A stretch of 64,000 nucleotides of DNA from the human T2T-CHM13v2.0 reference genome, Homo sapiens. Below the pieces are notes generated by a model. The model saw only the letters and a list, made by a program, of their open reading frames with translations. It ran no database searches and was not told the origin of the DNA. The translations under genes and the position numbers were made by a program. The DNA lies in NCBI RefSeq assembly GCF_009914755.1, contig NC_060930.1. One strand, given 5' to 3'. Below are positions 30,040-44,791 of this stretch, piece after piece; positions within the stretch are counted from its first letter, which is position 1; each line of letters opens with the position of its first letter.

Positions 30040-30250
30040 AGAGGTAGCATAGCATGGTAGTTTAGAGCTTGGCCTTTGGAGCCAGACTCCAGGGTTTGAA
30101 CATGGGCTGTGCCCGTCACCTACCAGCTGTGGGACTGTGGGCAAGAGACTTAATGCCTCTGGGTCTCAGGCTCCTCATGAAGAGATCTCTACTGCATGGG
30201 GTGTTTTGAGTATTGAACTGGCTAATATTTGTAAATTGCTTACTATAGTT
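30040..30250 (+). mobile_element. MIR
   Basis: catagcatggtagtttagagc..ctttggagccagac..gggtttgaa. Confidence 0.75.
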
Positions 30251-30808
30251 ATTTGTTAAGTGATAAAATGGAATGGAGATTTCTTTTCCTGTTGTACATC
30301 CTTAGGTGGAACAGATGTTAATTCATTTAAGACTATGTGATAAGAGGAACATTAAAGGTTTAACCCTTGATTCTTATTTTTGTATGCATGTAAGTACAGT
30401 TCTAAAAGAAAACATTTTTCTATACATTAATGAATTTAAAATCATAGATTGTTTATGCGTGTTTAATGCTGATTAATTTGGTGTTACTGTTGCAAGGCCA
30501 AACAGTGACTCACAAAGAAGTGAACAGACTGGCATTTCAAACAATGCACAGGCAAGACAAGTGAGTCTGCTAAATATGCAGCTCATCTCTTCAATGGTGA
30601 AATTTTAGATCTGCTTGGTTTCTTTGGTAAATTATAGTCTAAAGGAGACCAAAATATTGCTTGGAATTTATTTGCGTAGCAAGCCGCCTGCACATGAAGG
30701 ATAGTACACGTGTGCTAGAATGTGAAATCTTATAAAGCACAAGGCAGCTTAGGCAAAGGGTCTTCCTGTACCCGTAGTCTGAGAATGTCTTCATGGGCTG
30801 GATGTTGG

Positions 30809-31122
30809 TTTTTTTTTTTTTGTTTTTTTTTTTTTTTTGAGACGGAGTCTGACTCTGTCACCCAGGCTGGAGTGCAGTGGCACGATCTTGGCTCAGCGCA
30901 TCCTCCGCCACCCGGCTTCAAGTGATTCTCTTGCCTCAGCCTCCTGAGTAGCTGGGATTACAGGCGCCTGCCACAGTGCCCAGCTAATTTTTTTTTGTAG
31001 TTTTAGTAGAGATGGGGTTTCACCATCTTGGCCAGGCTGGTGTTGAATTCATGACCTCATGATCCACCCGCCTCAGCCTCCCAAAGTGCTGGGATTACAG
31101 GCGTGAGCCACTGCGCCTGGCC
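30809..31122 (-). mobile_element. AluS (Sg-like)
   Basis: TSD GATGTTGGTTTTT. Confidence 0.92.
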
Positions 31123-33877
31123 AGATGTTGGTTTTTAAAAAGCAATCCTCACAGCCCCCTAACTGTTAGATAAGAATTATGATTTTAAAAATCCACAACT
31201 CTGCTATTCATTTGAATTATTTACATAAGCAAGGCCTCTCCTTCTCAAATTGGAATCATACTGCAATATGCTTTTTGAGGCTTTTGGGTATTCTCAGTTA
31301 ATTTAAATAGACTTGAGTAGAATGAAAATTGATCAAATATTGCATTGTTTTTAAAGTTAGGTCTCTTGTTTTTCACTTGAGAGATTTTTTTCCTCCACTT
31401 TAATACATTGGCTCATTTCCATTTTTATATTTCTTAGATATCATGATAATTATTGTTTTGATAAATTCCTACTCCCCATCCGCCCTTACACATACACACT
31501 TAATTTTGTTAGAGAATGTATCTGTTATCAAATACATTAAGAACTACCTCTGCATTGTAATGATTATGAATTTTTCAGAGATTTGATTTAACTGCCTAAT
31601 TCTGTTTAGAAGCCTCAGTTTATGAGTTTTTTTCCCACTGTCCTTTCATTAACTACTAAAAATGAATACATTAAGAAAGTAGGTGTTTTAAACAAAACCA
31701 GAACACTTGATTTATAAAACAAAAGCTTGATTTAAAGAGTATGATATGTCTTCAACCTGGTTGGGTATTATTTAAAGTTTTCCTCTGATCTTTTTTTTTT
31801 TTTTCAGTAGCAAAGAGATATATTATCTCCAAAATGGCTAATGGATCTATCCAAACATTGGTTTTATAAGGAAATTGAAGAATCATTATTTACGAATATA
31901 TTTGACAATTTTCCAAAAAGATAATGAGAGCAGACACGTGGTGTAAATAGTATGTTTTTGATAAAAATGTTCTCTTAGCCTAGCAACCAAATCAGAATGT
32001 TGAACAAACAAAATGAGAAGTAAAATGTTAAAATGCATTCTGTAGTATTTTAGTTAATAATTTTATATATGGTTCTTTAAGCTTTTCCCATTTTATAATT
32101 GTCAAAACTAAACAGCTTGTCCAAACAAAAGTTAGAATCTCACTTGAACCCAACCTATCACCCACTGATACTTTCTTTAGTCTATCAACTATGTAATGAA
32201 ATATGTCATGAAATATTATTATTAAAGGCTAATTCCAGCCAATGTTGCAAGCATAAGGCACAGGAGAAGATGAGAGATGGAGATTTAAGGGGCAATCATA
32301 TAGTATCCAAGGAAAAAGCCTTATCATGGGGAAAGAGTAAGATGATAGAGAAAAGGAAATAGTCAAGAAATTAACATTTCTGATCATCATTCTAAACTAT
32401 ATGATGGGGGTTACATATTTAAGGATCTTTTATAACATAAAATTCCTGTACAAAGCCAGTACCTGTATTTTCTTTGTAAATCCATTACCATTTATATTGT
32501 AATTCTAATGATATTGGAGAAAATATGAATTATGAGTGTGCTGTTAATATGATGTGCCCTGTGTAATTCTGAACTCAAATAGTGAAGAGGAAGCCATGTT
32601 TATTTAAAATGTGGGAGCATCATTTTTCTTAACATTTATTTTTAGTGTTAATTTTATCTTGCATATAAGACCTTACTTGGAAAAAAGAGAGGATCACATG
32701 GTGAAAGGTGATCTTGTTAAAAGTCATTGCAGAACAGGTTAATTTGATTGAAAATGATCCCCCCACAAAAGTTTCCAAATTATAACTTAGTCTCTTGTAC
32801 CACATGGACCTTTCTAGTTATAATGGTGATATCAACATCCCAGCAACCTACATTCGTATAGCAATTTTCAGTTTCCTAAGGGATAGCACCTGCTCTCATT
32901 TGTTAAATGAACTGGTTATACTTGGTTCTAAGTGAGGATCCAAGAGGACTTACCTAAGCACAGGAGGGCTTGAAGCCGAACTCCAACCTCTGCAGGTTTC
33001 ATGGTCTTTCTACAGCACTCTGATAGCTCACAGCAGACTACACAGCTTAGGAAATAATTACAGCCTGCCACAATTTTTCTTAATTTTTAACTGAAAAACA
33101 AAATCTCAACTCTAAAATTTGATGGACAGTGAGGTTAGTTTGAGAAGTTGAGAAACTCTTATTTTCCATTATCCCTGTTATCTTTTCACCTAGGACACAG
33201 CAAGTGACGTGCTCATTGCATGGGCAGAGATTTTCCCACTCCTGGCACTGCTTTTATGCTGTCACCTCTTTTCAGGGTGAGGGAGGGCCACAATAACTTT
33301 GCAAAGAAAGTCCCAGGTTTTCAAAGAGAGCAGAGAGTGTGGGGTGGAGGTGGGAGAGAATGAGACCTTAGTAGAAACACTACCTGAAATAGGCATATAA
33401 AACAAATTACCCCAAATCAACAACTCATTATCATTACAGGGTTTACTTGTTCGCAGATGTTTCCTTCATTTATCAGTCTAGGGCCTTATTTAACCTCAAG
33501 ACTAATACTCAACAAAGCCACATGCTAATCATGAGGACACCTATACAGGGGCAAGTAGTTCCTCAAGGGGCATTTATTTCCCTGTATTTTCTAGGAAATG
33601 CTATTGGGAGGGTGTATTTTAATAATTAGCATTAAATTTGTTTCATATTTTTGCCTAGTAGCTTTCTCTCAAGCTAAAGAATTTGGAAAGACTTGTTTAT
33701 TCATTATATATTTGTACAAAAATCAGAAATAAAGTTTTGAGGATTGAATATTTTAAGCTGTTATTACCTTCCTAAAACAGCATTTTTGTTTGCTGCAGTA
33801 GTCTTTTTCCACATATACTTCAAGTAATGGAATACTATCACTTTGAATTTTAAAATGTTAAGCAAAACAAAAAAAGA

Positions 33878-34161
<284 letters not shown>

Positions 34162-34456
34162 TCACCAGCTTCACCATTATAAACTATGTGATTCTGGGTA
34201 AGACCACCTCAACCCAAAGGGCATTGGTTTCCTGATCTGTTGAATGAGAATAATGTCTACTCACCCTGTAGGGTGTTTGGTGACAAAATAAGGTAAACCA
34301 TTTCATCACCAGAACAAAAGTAGTGGTATGGTAATGCTTGTGTTCATAGTCATCATGGTGGTTAGTTGAAGAATCAAATTTTCTCCATCTGATGCTTGAA
34401 CTTTCTTATGAATCCTTCCTACCCACTACCACCTTCATTTAAAACAGTGACTCTGA

Positions 34457-34499
34457 GACCTTTAAGTTTCTTTTTTTTTTTTTTTGACCTTTAAGTTTC
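34457..34499 (-). mobile_element. Poly(A)-only insertion flanked by 14-bp direct repeats
   Basis: GACCTTTAAGTTTC-(T)15-GACCTTTAAGTTTC. Confidence 0.7.
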
Positions 34500-34952
34500 A
34501 TACCACACTTGCCAGTCCTTGTGATACCAAATAATACGTCAACTGGAATACACCAGCAGGCTTGTTTTAAGTCAGCTATTTACAGCTGCTAGTGTTTTTA
34601 GAAGCAAGCAGAAGTTAGCTGTCTGGTCCCAATGGTAATTATCTGATCTTACACTGATTTCTAGAAAGCCTCAGAGGGACACCACCTGAATCAATCAGAA
34701 ATAGCTAGTAAGGAAATTGAATTAACATTTTGAATTTAAAAACTTTTTTCCAGATACATTTTTTTTTTACTATGTATGAGTCACCCTTAAGGCTACTAAT
34801 TTTGCTCCATTAATTTTTATTCATCTTGTATGTCTGCTAAAAAAGAAACAGCAATTACATCTTTTCAAAGACCTTTTGTAGTTTTTATCTTCTGTTTGTG
34901 ATCTGGTAAGAAAAGAACTGTTTATATCTGAGTTTCATTTTCCCCAAATCTC

Positions 34953-35768
34953 TGCATTAGTTTGAATGTATCTCTAAAGCTTATGTGTTAGAAACTTGTC
35001 TTAGTCTTTTTTTTCTGCTGCTATAACAGAATACCACAGACTGGGTAATTTATAAAGAAAATAAATTTATTTCTCACAGTTCTAGAGGCCGTGAAGTCCA
35101 AGAGCCTGGCAGCAGCATCTGACCAGGCCCTTACTGCTGGCAGAGAGATCATGTGGTGAAGAGCACAGGAGACAGAGACAGACACAGACAGAAAGAATGC
35201 ATGCATGTGCAAGAGGGTAGGAGTAAGAGAGAGCTGAGAAAGCCACACTCACCTTTATAAAAACCCACTGTCGAGATAGCTAACCAACTCCGGAGATAGC
35301 AACTTTAATCCTTCACAGGGTGGAGCCTAAGCTTATGACCGAATCACCACTTAAAGATTCTACATCTCAACACTCTTACAATGGCACTTAAATTTCAGCA
35401 TGAGTTTTGGAGGAGACATTTAGACCATACCAAAATTTGATTCCCAATGTGGTTATATTGGGTGTTGGGACCTTCAAGAGGTTATTAGGCCATGAGGGCC
35501 CCCATGAGTGAATTAATGTTGTTATCATGGGAGTGGTTTCTTATAAAAAGACAAGTTCAACCCACTCTTGCTGTCCTCCCTCTATTGCCTTCTCTTTGCC
35601 CTTCTACCTTCTGCCATTGGATGATGCAGCAAGAAGGCCCTCACGAGGCACTGGCACCTTGATCTTTGACTTCCTGGCCTTTAGAACCATGAGAAAATAA
35701 ATACATTTTCTTTATAAATTATCCAGTCTCAGGTATTCTGTTATAGCAGCACAAAACAGACTAAGGCA
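34953..35768 (+). mobile_element. MaLR LTR (MST/MLT1A-type) interrupted by a second LTR
   Basis: 5' piece tgcattagtttgaatgt...gaaact; resumes at 35433 (attcccaatg) and ends ttatagcagcacaaaacagactaaggca. Confidence 0.85.
34997..35432 (-). mobile_element. MST-type MaLR solo LTR nested in antisense
   Basis: tgtcttagtc...gctataacagaatacc...gaccatacca; 5-bp TSD AAACT/AAATT. Confidence 0.87.
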
Positions 35769-36467
35769 GAGATCTAATCACAAATTTTACATGTTGATGT
35801 TAAAGATAGTTTTCTTAGTCAGTATTTTGATATTAACAGGTCTGTATTTTATATGTTGTAACCTACTACAAAGCAGAGAACTTTTATATGGCCATTTTGA
35901 GAAAATATTTTAATTATTTCTCTTCCTTCTCTACTGGTAAGTGAATGGTAATAATGAAAATTTCTCTTTCATTTGCCATTTCTTTCTGCTTTACTGTACT
36001 GATAGACTACCTGTTATTAATGGTCATTACAGTACCTCTTATTTTCTCTTAAAGAACTTGTTTTATGTTTTCTTCAAGACACGTAATAAGTAGCAAAGAG
36101 ATGGTCCAGCATTGTTTACTGCAGAAAACAGTGCACTAGGAAGTTTGGCACCTAAGACCTATATCTAACTTACACAGTATCCTGAACCAAGGTACTTAAA
36201 TTCTCTGTGCTTCTGTAAGTTGGCAACCACAAAAGTCTATGTGAAAGTGAAAAATAAGAAACTAGATGAAATAAGATTATTATAGCTGCTCTTTGTTATG
36301 AAGATGATAACAAAAAATACAGCTATTCTAAGGCCTTCAGAATAAATTATAGAATTAAATTTTTGAGAAAAATGCCATTGATTTATTTCAGTTTAGCAAT
36401 TTTTCAAAAGGTTTCAGTGCTTGACAGTATAACTGTAAGAATATCACTATTTATTAAAAGAGCTGCT

Positions 36468-36572
36468 TCATTCATTTACATTTATTGAGAACCTATTGTG
36501 AGTCAGGCATTTAGGTGCTAGGGATAAAGTTACAAATGAACAAAATCTCTACTCGTGGAATTTAGAATCTTG
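36468..36572 (-). mobile_element. L2 3' end
   Basis: cattcatttacatttattgagaacctattgtgagtcaggc..gtgctaggg. Confidence 0.7.
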
Positions 36573-37971
36573 TGAGCATTCTTCTAGGTTATTTCCCTTA
36601 AAATTTAAGGTAACTAGTTTGCTGAAATTAAAAGGAGTATTTTACCCTGCTGTAGTGCTATATGTGTGTATGGTTCTTAAACTTCACGCTGTCCTGTGTA
36701 CTGTTTAGTAACAGAATTGTTTATTATTATGATTCTGGTATGTTAATGAAGGGGTACTCATTTGCAAATAACTGTTTAATCTGTGATTAAAATCTGGCAG
36801 CTCTCTTAAAAATAAAGAACAGTTAAAATGCATAGTCACTGTCCTGCTGTATTGAATATGCAATTGAAAAACATTAAGAAAGGCATATCCTATTTATCAC
36901 TTTTAATGAATCTTTCACCCTGGTCCCACTGTAAGCCCTTGATGGTATTCCTGTCATCCCATCCATATGCTCCTAAAAGCATTAACTATTCTTGGCTCTG
37001 TGCATGCCTTAGTATAAAATCAAAATCTCTAGGTTTTGATCACATATAAGCAAGCTTAAAAAAATCATTATCATTACCATATCCTCATTAAGATGATGGG
37101 CCCCTGACCATCTCTTCATGTTTGCCTTGCAATCTAAAATTCATGTATGCAAAGGGAATTTTTCTTATCCTTTTGAAAGAAGAATGATAAATATTTATAC
37201 AGCCTTAACTCTTTCAAGCAGGCATAGGATCATGTTTTAGAAATGACAGTAAGCTGCTCTAGGTTTTTTTTTTTTTTCCAGCATAATTCGTCTTTCCAAT
37301 AGCTACTGAAAAAAATGAATTGCAGATTTATCAATATTGGAGAATTTTCCTGCTCTCTTCCCATTAAATATGTTTAGTCTTACATTTCTGCAACCCTTTT
37401 GAGCCATGGCTTCGAAAAGGGAGCAAAGAGGTCCCTCTGCTTTTCAGACAGGGTTCCTCCAGAGGGCTGGCAGTACGCCCACCAGGAGTGCTGACCTGTG
37501 CTCAAGCCCAGGATCCTAATTCCTCCGGCACCTTTTTGCTTTTTTAGCATATTTAACAATAATCTAGACTCTAAGTAACTAGTCACATATCCGTACAGTG
37601 TTGCTTTCTAAAAGTTACTCCTCTCTGAAGCAGCAATTAGAGCTCCAAGACAGTTTTCTACTTGAAATTAAAATTCCCTCATGACTACTTGAATAAAGAC
37701 GTCCAGTAGTAATGTTGAAGTTATGAATGTGTTTCAGCTCACAGAGCTGTCTTCTTATAATAAATGGAAGATGTGTGTGAAGTTGGAATTTAGTTAAATA
37801 TAGACCATCCTGGAGATAGTAGAAGTGCTGCGGGTTATGTTACCAACAATAATCTAACTTGTCCTGCACCTGCTGTTGGACCTCCTCCATATTATTACTT
37901 CTGCCACTGACTCCCAAAAGCCAGGTTATTAATCTGAAGACAACTCAAGACCCAAGCCACATCATTACTGT

Positions 37972-38614
<643 letters not shown>

Positions 38615-38766
38615 CAGAAACCAGCTCTTACATGCTGAGTAGTTCACCACACAGAGAAAGGCCTTTTAGAATTCAAGTGATCTTCTAAGGTTTATTTTAA
38701 CTGTATACTATCATGTGCAAAGTATCATAGCATTAAAATATCTCACCTTAGGCCTCCAGCCAATGC

Positions 38767-39090
38767 TTTTATTTAATTAATTAATTTATTTATTTGAGAC
38801 AGGGTCTCACTCTGTTCCCAGGCTGGAGTACAGTGGCACATTCATAGCTCACTGGTGCCTTGACCTCCTGGGCACAAGCAATCCTCCCACCTCAGCCTCT
38901 GGAGTAGCTATAGCTAGGACTACAGGTGTGCACTACCACGTGCAGCTAATTTTTTTTTTTTTTTTTTTTTCTGTAGAGATGGGGTTTCACCATGTTGCCC
39001 AGGCTGGTCTCAAACTCCTGGGCTCAAGTGATCTACCCACCTCAACCTCCCAAAGTGCTAGGATTACAGGGTGAGCCACAGTACCCAGCC
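38767..39090 (-). mobile_element. AluJb-like with expanded central A-linker
   Basis: Reverse Alu dimer; T-run of about 20 in the linker. Confidence 0.9.
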
Positions 39091-40986
39091 TAAGATTTGA
39101 ATATTCTCAAGGTCTCTTAGTTCCTACAATGCAGTAATTTTGTAGCAGTTTGAAAATCCAGACATACTATATAGGTTTTCCCAGCTACTCCTTGAGTTGG
39201 CTTTGTTTCTGCTATTTAGTCTCAGGAACTGTTGCAGTGGTTCCTATCTACATCTGTGATAAACAGCTTTTCCTAGAACAACTTGCAGACATGGCAATGT
39301 TCAGGTTTAAGTAGACGATGTACTATTGTGTTTGGCAGGAGAGGCCATTAAAAAAAAAAAAAGCAGCCCTCATACTAAATTTCTTTTGAAAGGTGTTACT
39401 GATCAAAAAATATAGCTCAGAATTGAAAATTGTTTGGACTAAATAACTGTGTCCTTTCTCTCACCTTCCCATTCAATCCTTCCACCTAAGTAGATTGATA
39501 TGAAAAAGTACATAGGATTGCTTAAAGCTTTTATCTTTGTTAGTAATCACCCTGGAAGAATTTTTAAATTATTGATTTAAGTAGAATCTTTTATTCTTGG
39601 TTTAAATGTATACAAAAACTACCTACATGCTCACCTACAATCTCGATTTTCTTTGAAATTCATCTATTTTCTCACTTGTCTACATCAAGGGGAAATAGGG
39701 AGCGAGGATAGGTCTGAACCAAAGTACTCCCACTTAAATGGCATGATGTGTCTACGTATCTATGTGTGTGTGCGTGCCTGTGTGTGCACATAGCAAATTA
39801 CTGGTTGCAATAAAATTTGTTAGAATTTCAATTTGGCTTCATTAAGTCTGAGACAGTGAAGTAATACTAAGGGAGAAATAGAATAGGTGAAGAGAAATAA
39901 ATACTAGATCAATTTTCTTTCAAGAAAGACGTTTTAGAAGAAGTAGTATTCATTTTTTAGGTCATCATTGACATTTCTCAATATTATATTCCTATAAACT
40001 GCATATCAGGACTTGTATGTGCTTGAGGAAGCTACATTTTCACAGCAGGAGAGGAAATCAGAATAAAGCATTGAGATGCAGGTGCACAGTAATACAAGTG
40101 GGCTCTTTCCCCTGCAGCCTGAATGCCTGGCCAATAATGCAGAAGCTCTTGGAGCCGGGCTCTCAGGGTCTCCCGGAGCTAAGCCAAGAAGTATGGGGGT
40201 GGGGCAGGGGGGGTCAGGAGAGAATAATTGTTATTCAGTCTTCTTTAATGAGATGTATTGCCCACTGCTGAAAGATTGTGGCAGTGCCTTTTGTTATGCT
40301 AATTAGACACCATTAGAGCTTGGCTCTCTTTGATTTCTGCTTAATCTTTTCTGCTTCCTCAGCCTCAATCCTGACTGGCAAATGGTTGAAAGATGGTGGG
40401 GTGTACTGCACGTGTTATTTATTGCTCACATCTATGCTGAGTTCTTTGGGGAATGGGGGGGAATGTAAGATTTATCTTACCAAAGGCAGTTCCTATTTTG
40501 GACGTTCATTTTTGGCTTATTTTTAAAAAATGAATTTTTTGATAATGATTACTTTCTGCCTTTTAAGTCCAAATGCCACTGTTTTTTATATGGTTGCTTT
40601 TGCAGCCACACTGAATGGAAAATGACAGATTGGAAAATGTAGATGGCCTCTCCTTGGTTGCCTGATTTTCCCTAAAAACAGTGAGCAAGCTGATCATGCC
40701 ATAAGGTTTTAGAGATGCTGTGGTCAACCAGAAAAATGGAAGCAAGAATAATTTAATGGTCAAAAAGAGCAATTTTGCTATTCAAAATTCCTGCCTTTAC
40801 AGTTTATAGACATGTGTATACATTCCTTCCTAAAACTAAAACATTACATTTACATGATTACCACAGTTAAGAGTGTGGTGAGGTTTTTTTTTTAATTTTT
40901 TTGAAAAATGACTAATATCCTTTCTAAAACAGTGAAATGGTAGATTTCCGTTAAATTTTTAAAAACAACATCATAATGTTTTAGAG

Positions 40987-41315
40987 CAGCCCTCTCCAAT
41001 AAAAATATGGTATCAACCACAGATGTTACTTCACATTTTTTGATAGCCACATTAACAGAGTAAAAAGAAACAGGTGAAATTTGTTTGAATAATATATTTT
41101 ATTTACTCCAGTATATCAAAACTATTATCATTTCAGCCTGTATTCAGTATAGAAATTAATGAGATGTCTTACATTCTTTTATTCATGTGAAATTTTTGAA
41201 ATCCGGTGTGTACTTTGCACTGGTGTATGTTTGATAACACATCTCAATTGAGATTCGCCACATTTTAAGTGCCCAGTGGCCACATATGGCTAGGACTACT
41301 GTATACATGGTGCAG
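40987..41315. mobile_element. MER33-like hAT-Charlie non-autonomous DNA transposon
   Basis: tagccacatt..aaaaagaaacaggtgaaatt..gtggccacatatggcta; 8-bp TSD TTTTA(G/A)AG. Confidence 0.8.
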
Positions 41316-41389
41316 TTTTAAAGTAATTGGGTAATTCACCACTTGCCTAAAACAACTGGCAGGATAGAATCCATTTTTAACATTATAGA

Positions 41390-41520
41390 TTAAATATTAT
41401 GAGGTATGTGACCTTGACCAAGTCACTTAATCTCTAAGGGACCTGTATTCTCATCTGTAATATGAAGAGTTTGTCCTAAATGATCTCTGAAGTCCTCTCT
41501 TCTATCCAATCCAGCTCTGA
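41390..41520 (+). mobile_element. MIR/MIR3 fragment
   Basis: tgtgaccttgaccaagtcacttaatctct...ctcatctgtaa. Confidence 0.7.
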
Positions 41521-44462
41521 ATTCATGATTTTAAAAATTCTCATTTAGAAGTTGGGTAGGCTGGAGCTTATCCATCCTTTCTCATAATTTAGTATTTGAA
41601 AAGAAGCTTTCTTATGCCATAAAGATAATTAGAAAGCGTCCTGCATACCACACCCACACCTTTTTTTCTTCCAAATGTCTGAATCTTTCTTGGAATTATT
41701 CTGAGTTTTATACCATTGGTAATGCCTGGTGGTGTAGCTCACTGAGTTGCCTGACTCCCCATGCTTTTGGAATGAGGACTTGGAGCAATGAAGGTGTGAG
41801 GGAAGTTGGCAAGTAGTTACTGCAGATTACTAGATTACATAAACAATCTCTCTCTCCAATGCTTTTGCTTTTGCTTTTCTCTTTTTTTAAATTTGGCTTA
41901 CTTTTTGTGTCGTCAGTGAAACAAAACTTCTACAAGCACCTTCCAAGAAAGTGACCTATTAAATGTTATCACTGGTCACTTATGTACCTTTTGGGGATGG
42001 GGAATGTATGAAAAAAATTTTTTCCCAGAAGCACAGCCCAGTTTCATACATATTTTTGCCCATTTGTGAAAAAAAAGGACATTTCCTTATTTTAGTGTTT
42101 ATTCGTTGAAAATTAAGTGAAACTTTTTTCACATATGTGCTGTATGTAGATAATTTAGATTTTTGGTTTTGAATTGCTTTTTTAGCAGTTTGTTTTTCTG
42201 TTGGGAACATTTATTGTTTTCTTACTGTTTTGTAAAGGCTCTTCATATTATATAACCTATAACATGTCATTAGTATATATGTCATACTTGCAATTTTTTT
42301 CTATTTGCTTTTTGACTTTGTTTATGACAATCTTAATATACTTTTTTTAATCAGTAGTTAAAAACTTCTCATTTATGGCAACATAGCATTATGTTAAAAA
42401 TGTTTCATCAACACGTTACATGTCTAATAATTTATATTTCCTCCAAGTATTTTGTGGCTTCTTCTTTTTCATCTTTTCAACTGACAAATAAAATTGTATC
42501 TATTTAAGATGCACAACCTACTTTTATGAGTAGGTCCCTTTCTGAGAATCTGCTCTCAAAGAAGACTGGCCTAGACTTGCCAAGTAATGGCTGAGAGAGA
42601 CCAGTGGGAATAGATCAAGAGGGTGGAAGTGAACGGAAATTCTGTTCAATTTTTAGGTTTGCGCTTTTCATAAAAAAGTTCTACACTTATATCCAGTGTT
42701 GGCTCCATGGGCCCTTTCCATGAATCAGATCTCATGGATAGATCTTACTGGCAGTATCTGGCCATAGAACTTCAGTTTTCAATATTGAGCACTTTCCCAG
42801 GCTGCCTGGGCATGACAGAGCTTGCCCAGTGTGGGGAAAAACAGACCTGATGTACTTTGTGCCGGCTCTGTGATAGGAGGGTCAACTTGTTTGGGTTTGT
42901 TGAGAGGGTAGATTTCATGTTATATGTTCTTACCACAATTTTTTTTTTTAATTCCACAAAAAGCTTTATAGGCAATACCTTTGAATGCTCTAGAATACTC
43001 AGAATGTACAGGCAGGTGGTTAAAATGCAGCTGCTTTTTGAACTGGCAGTTTAGGTAGCACTAGATTTGGATCCCTGACGCCAGGCAGGAAGGCATCAGT
43101 GTGGCATTTCCTGTGTAACTATTTGCTCTTACTATTGGCTCTCGATCAGCAGATGAAAATAGCTTTGTTACTAAGAATGGGATTTTGCCCCCAGCTGGGA
43201 AGAGACTACCTCGGATTGTCTTCCTCTTACTGGGGTAGACACGGCTAGAAGAAAACCAACCAGCGTGAAGAAAAGCACAAGGAGATTCTTGTTAGAAGAA
43301 ACTTCATGGTCTGATTCAGTAGAACTGCCTCGGGCCTGGTCTTTGTATCTTGTATCACTGCACAAAGAAGGGAAGAATAACTTTTGAAAAGCCAAATTGT
43401 TTTACAATTTTTCTTTCTACTTAGGTTATTTCTGAAATGCAAAGAAAGAAGAAATAAAGCTACTAAGATACTCATGGCAATTAATAGATAAGCATATATA
43501 CTTAAAAATATGGCTACTCCACTTCAAAGGAACATTCTTCCCCTTTTGAGTACATTTATATCTATTAATAAGTGTATCTAAAGAATTTTTTTTCCACAGA
43601 GGACAATGTTTTCAAATAATCTAATGAATGCCTTTTTTTGTCATTGTTTAAGAATCAGTTAACCAGTCTAGCGCTTTGAGAATAAACTGTCCAACATCTT
43701 CTCTTAAGAACCCTTAAGTAGACCAACAAATTGATGGCTAGCATTTTGAATACGATGGACTTAAAGGCTCATTACTTGTTTTCTATGCTATCATCATTTT
43801 TGACACACATTCTTGTGTCATGGCCCTATTTCATTATAGAATGGCATTGTGGAGTAAGGATGATATTAAATTTTAATGTTATTGCTATTATTACTGTTGA
43901 CCGTTTTTAGCATAAGTATGCCTGGTTCTTTAATTCCAGCTTCTGCAGGGCCAGAAAATAGAAGTGAGCATAAACAGTCAGGAAAATTACTGTATACCCA
44001 GGAGACCCAGCATCGCGTGCTCTGCCTGTTGTGAATGAGGAATCAAAATGGAAAGGTTATCATTTTCATTAGCTAGGAAAGAACAAGACCATACTTTTCT
44101 CCAAGTGTAATTACAGCGGTTCACTGGCAACATTACACTGCAGTAATTAGTCTAAAGGTGTATGTGAGGGCAGGCTTTTGCACAGACACTAGAAATATTA
44201 TTTCAGAGTTGAAGGTCACAGCCTTGTATTTAACATGTTCCAGGCAGCTTAGGGGGGAAAAAAAAAAACTAATTTGACTGGAGCTAAAGAAAGACATTTG
44301 ACATTTCCCAGAGTCATACATTCAGAAACCAGTCAGGTCGAAAAATTGTATTTTATTTTCTACAATAAAAGGCAAAACTTAGCTGCAGAAATAGCATGTC
44401 AGAATATTCTGTAGGATAAGCACAGATAAAATTCAAGTTTATTAGAACCATGATGTAAATGA

Positions 44463-44791
<329 letters not shown>

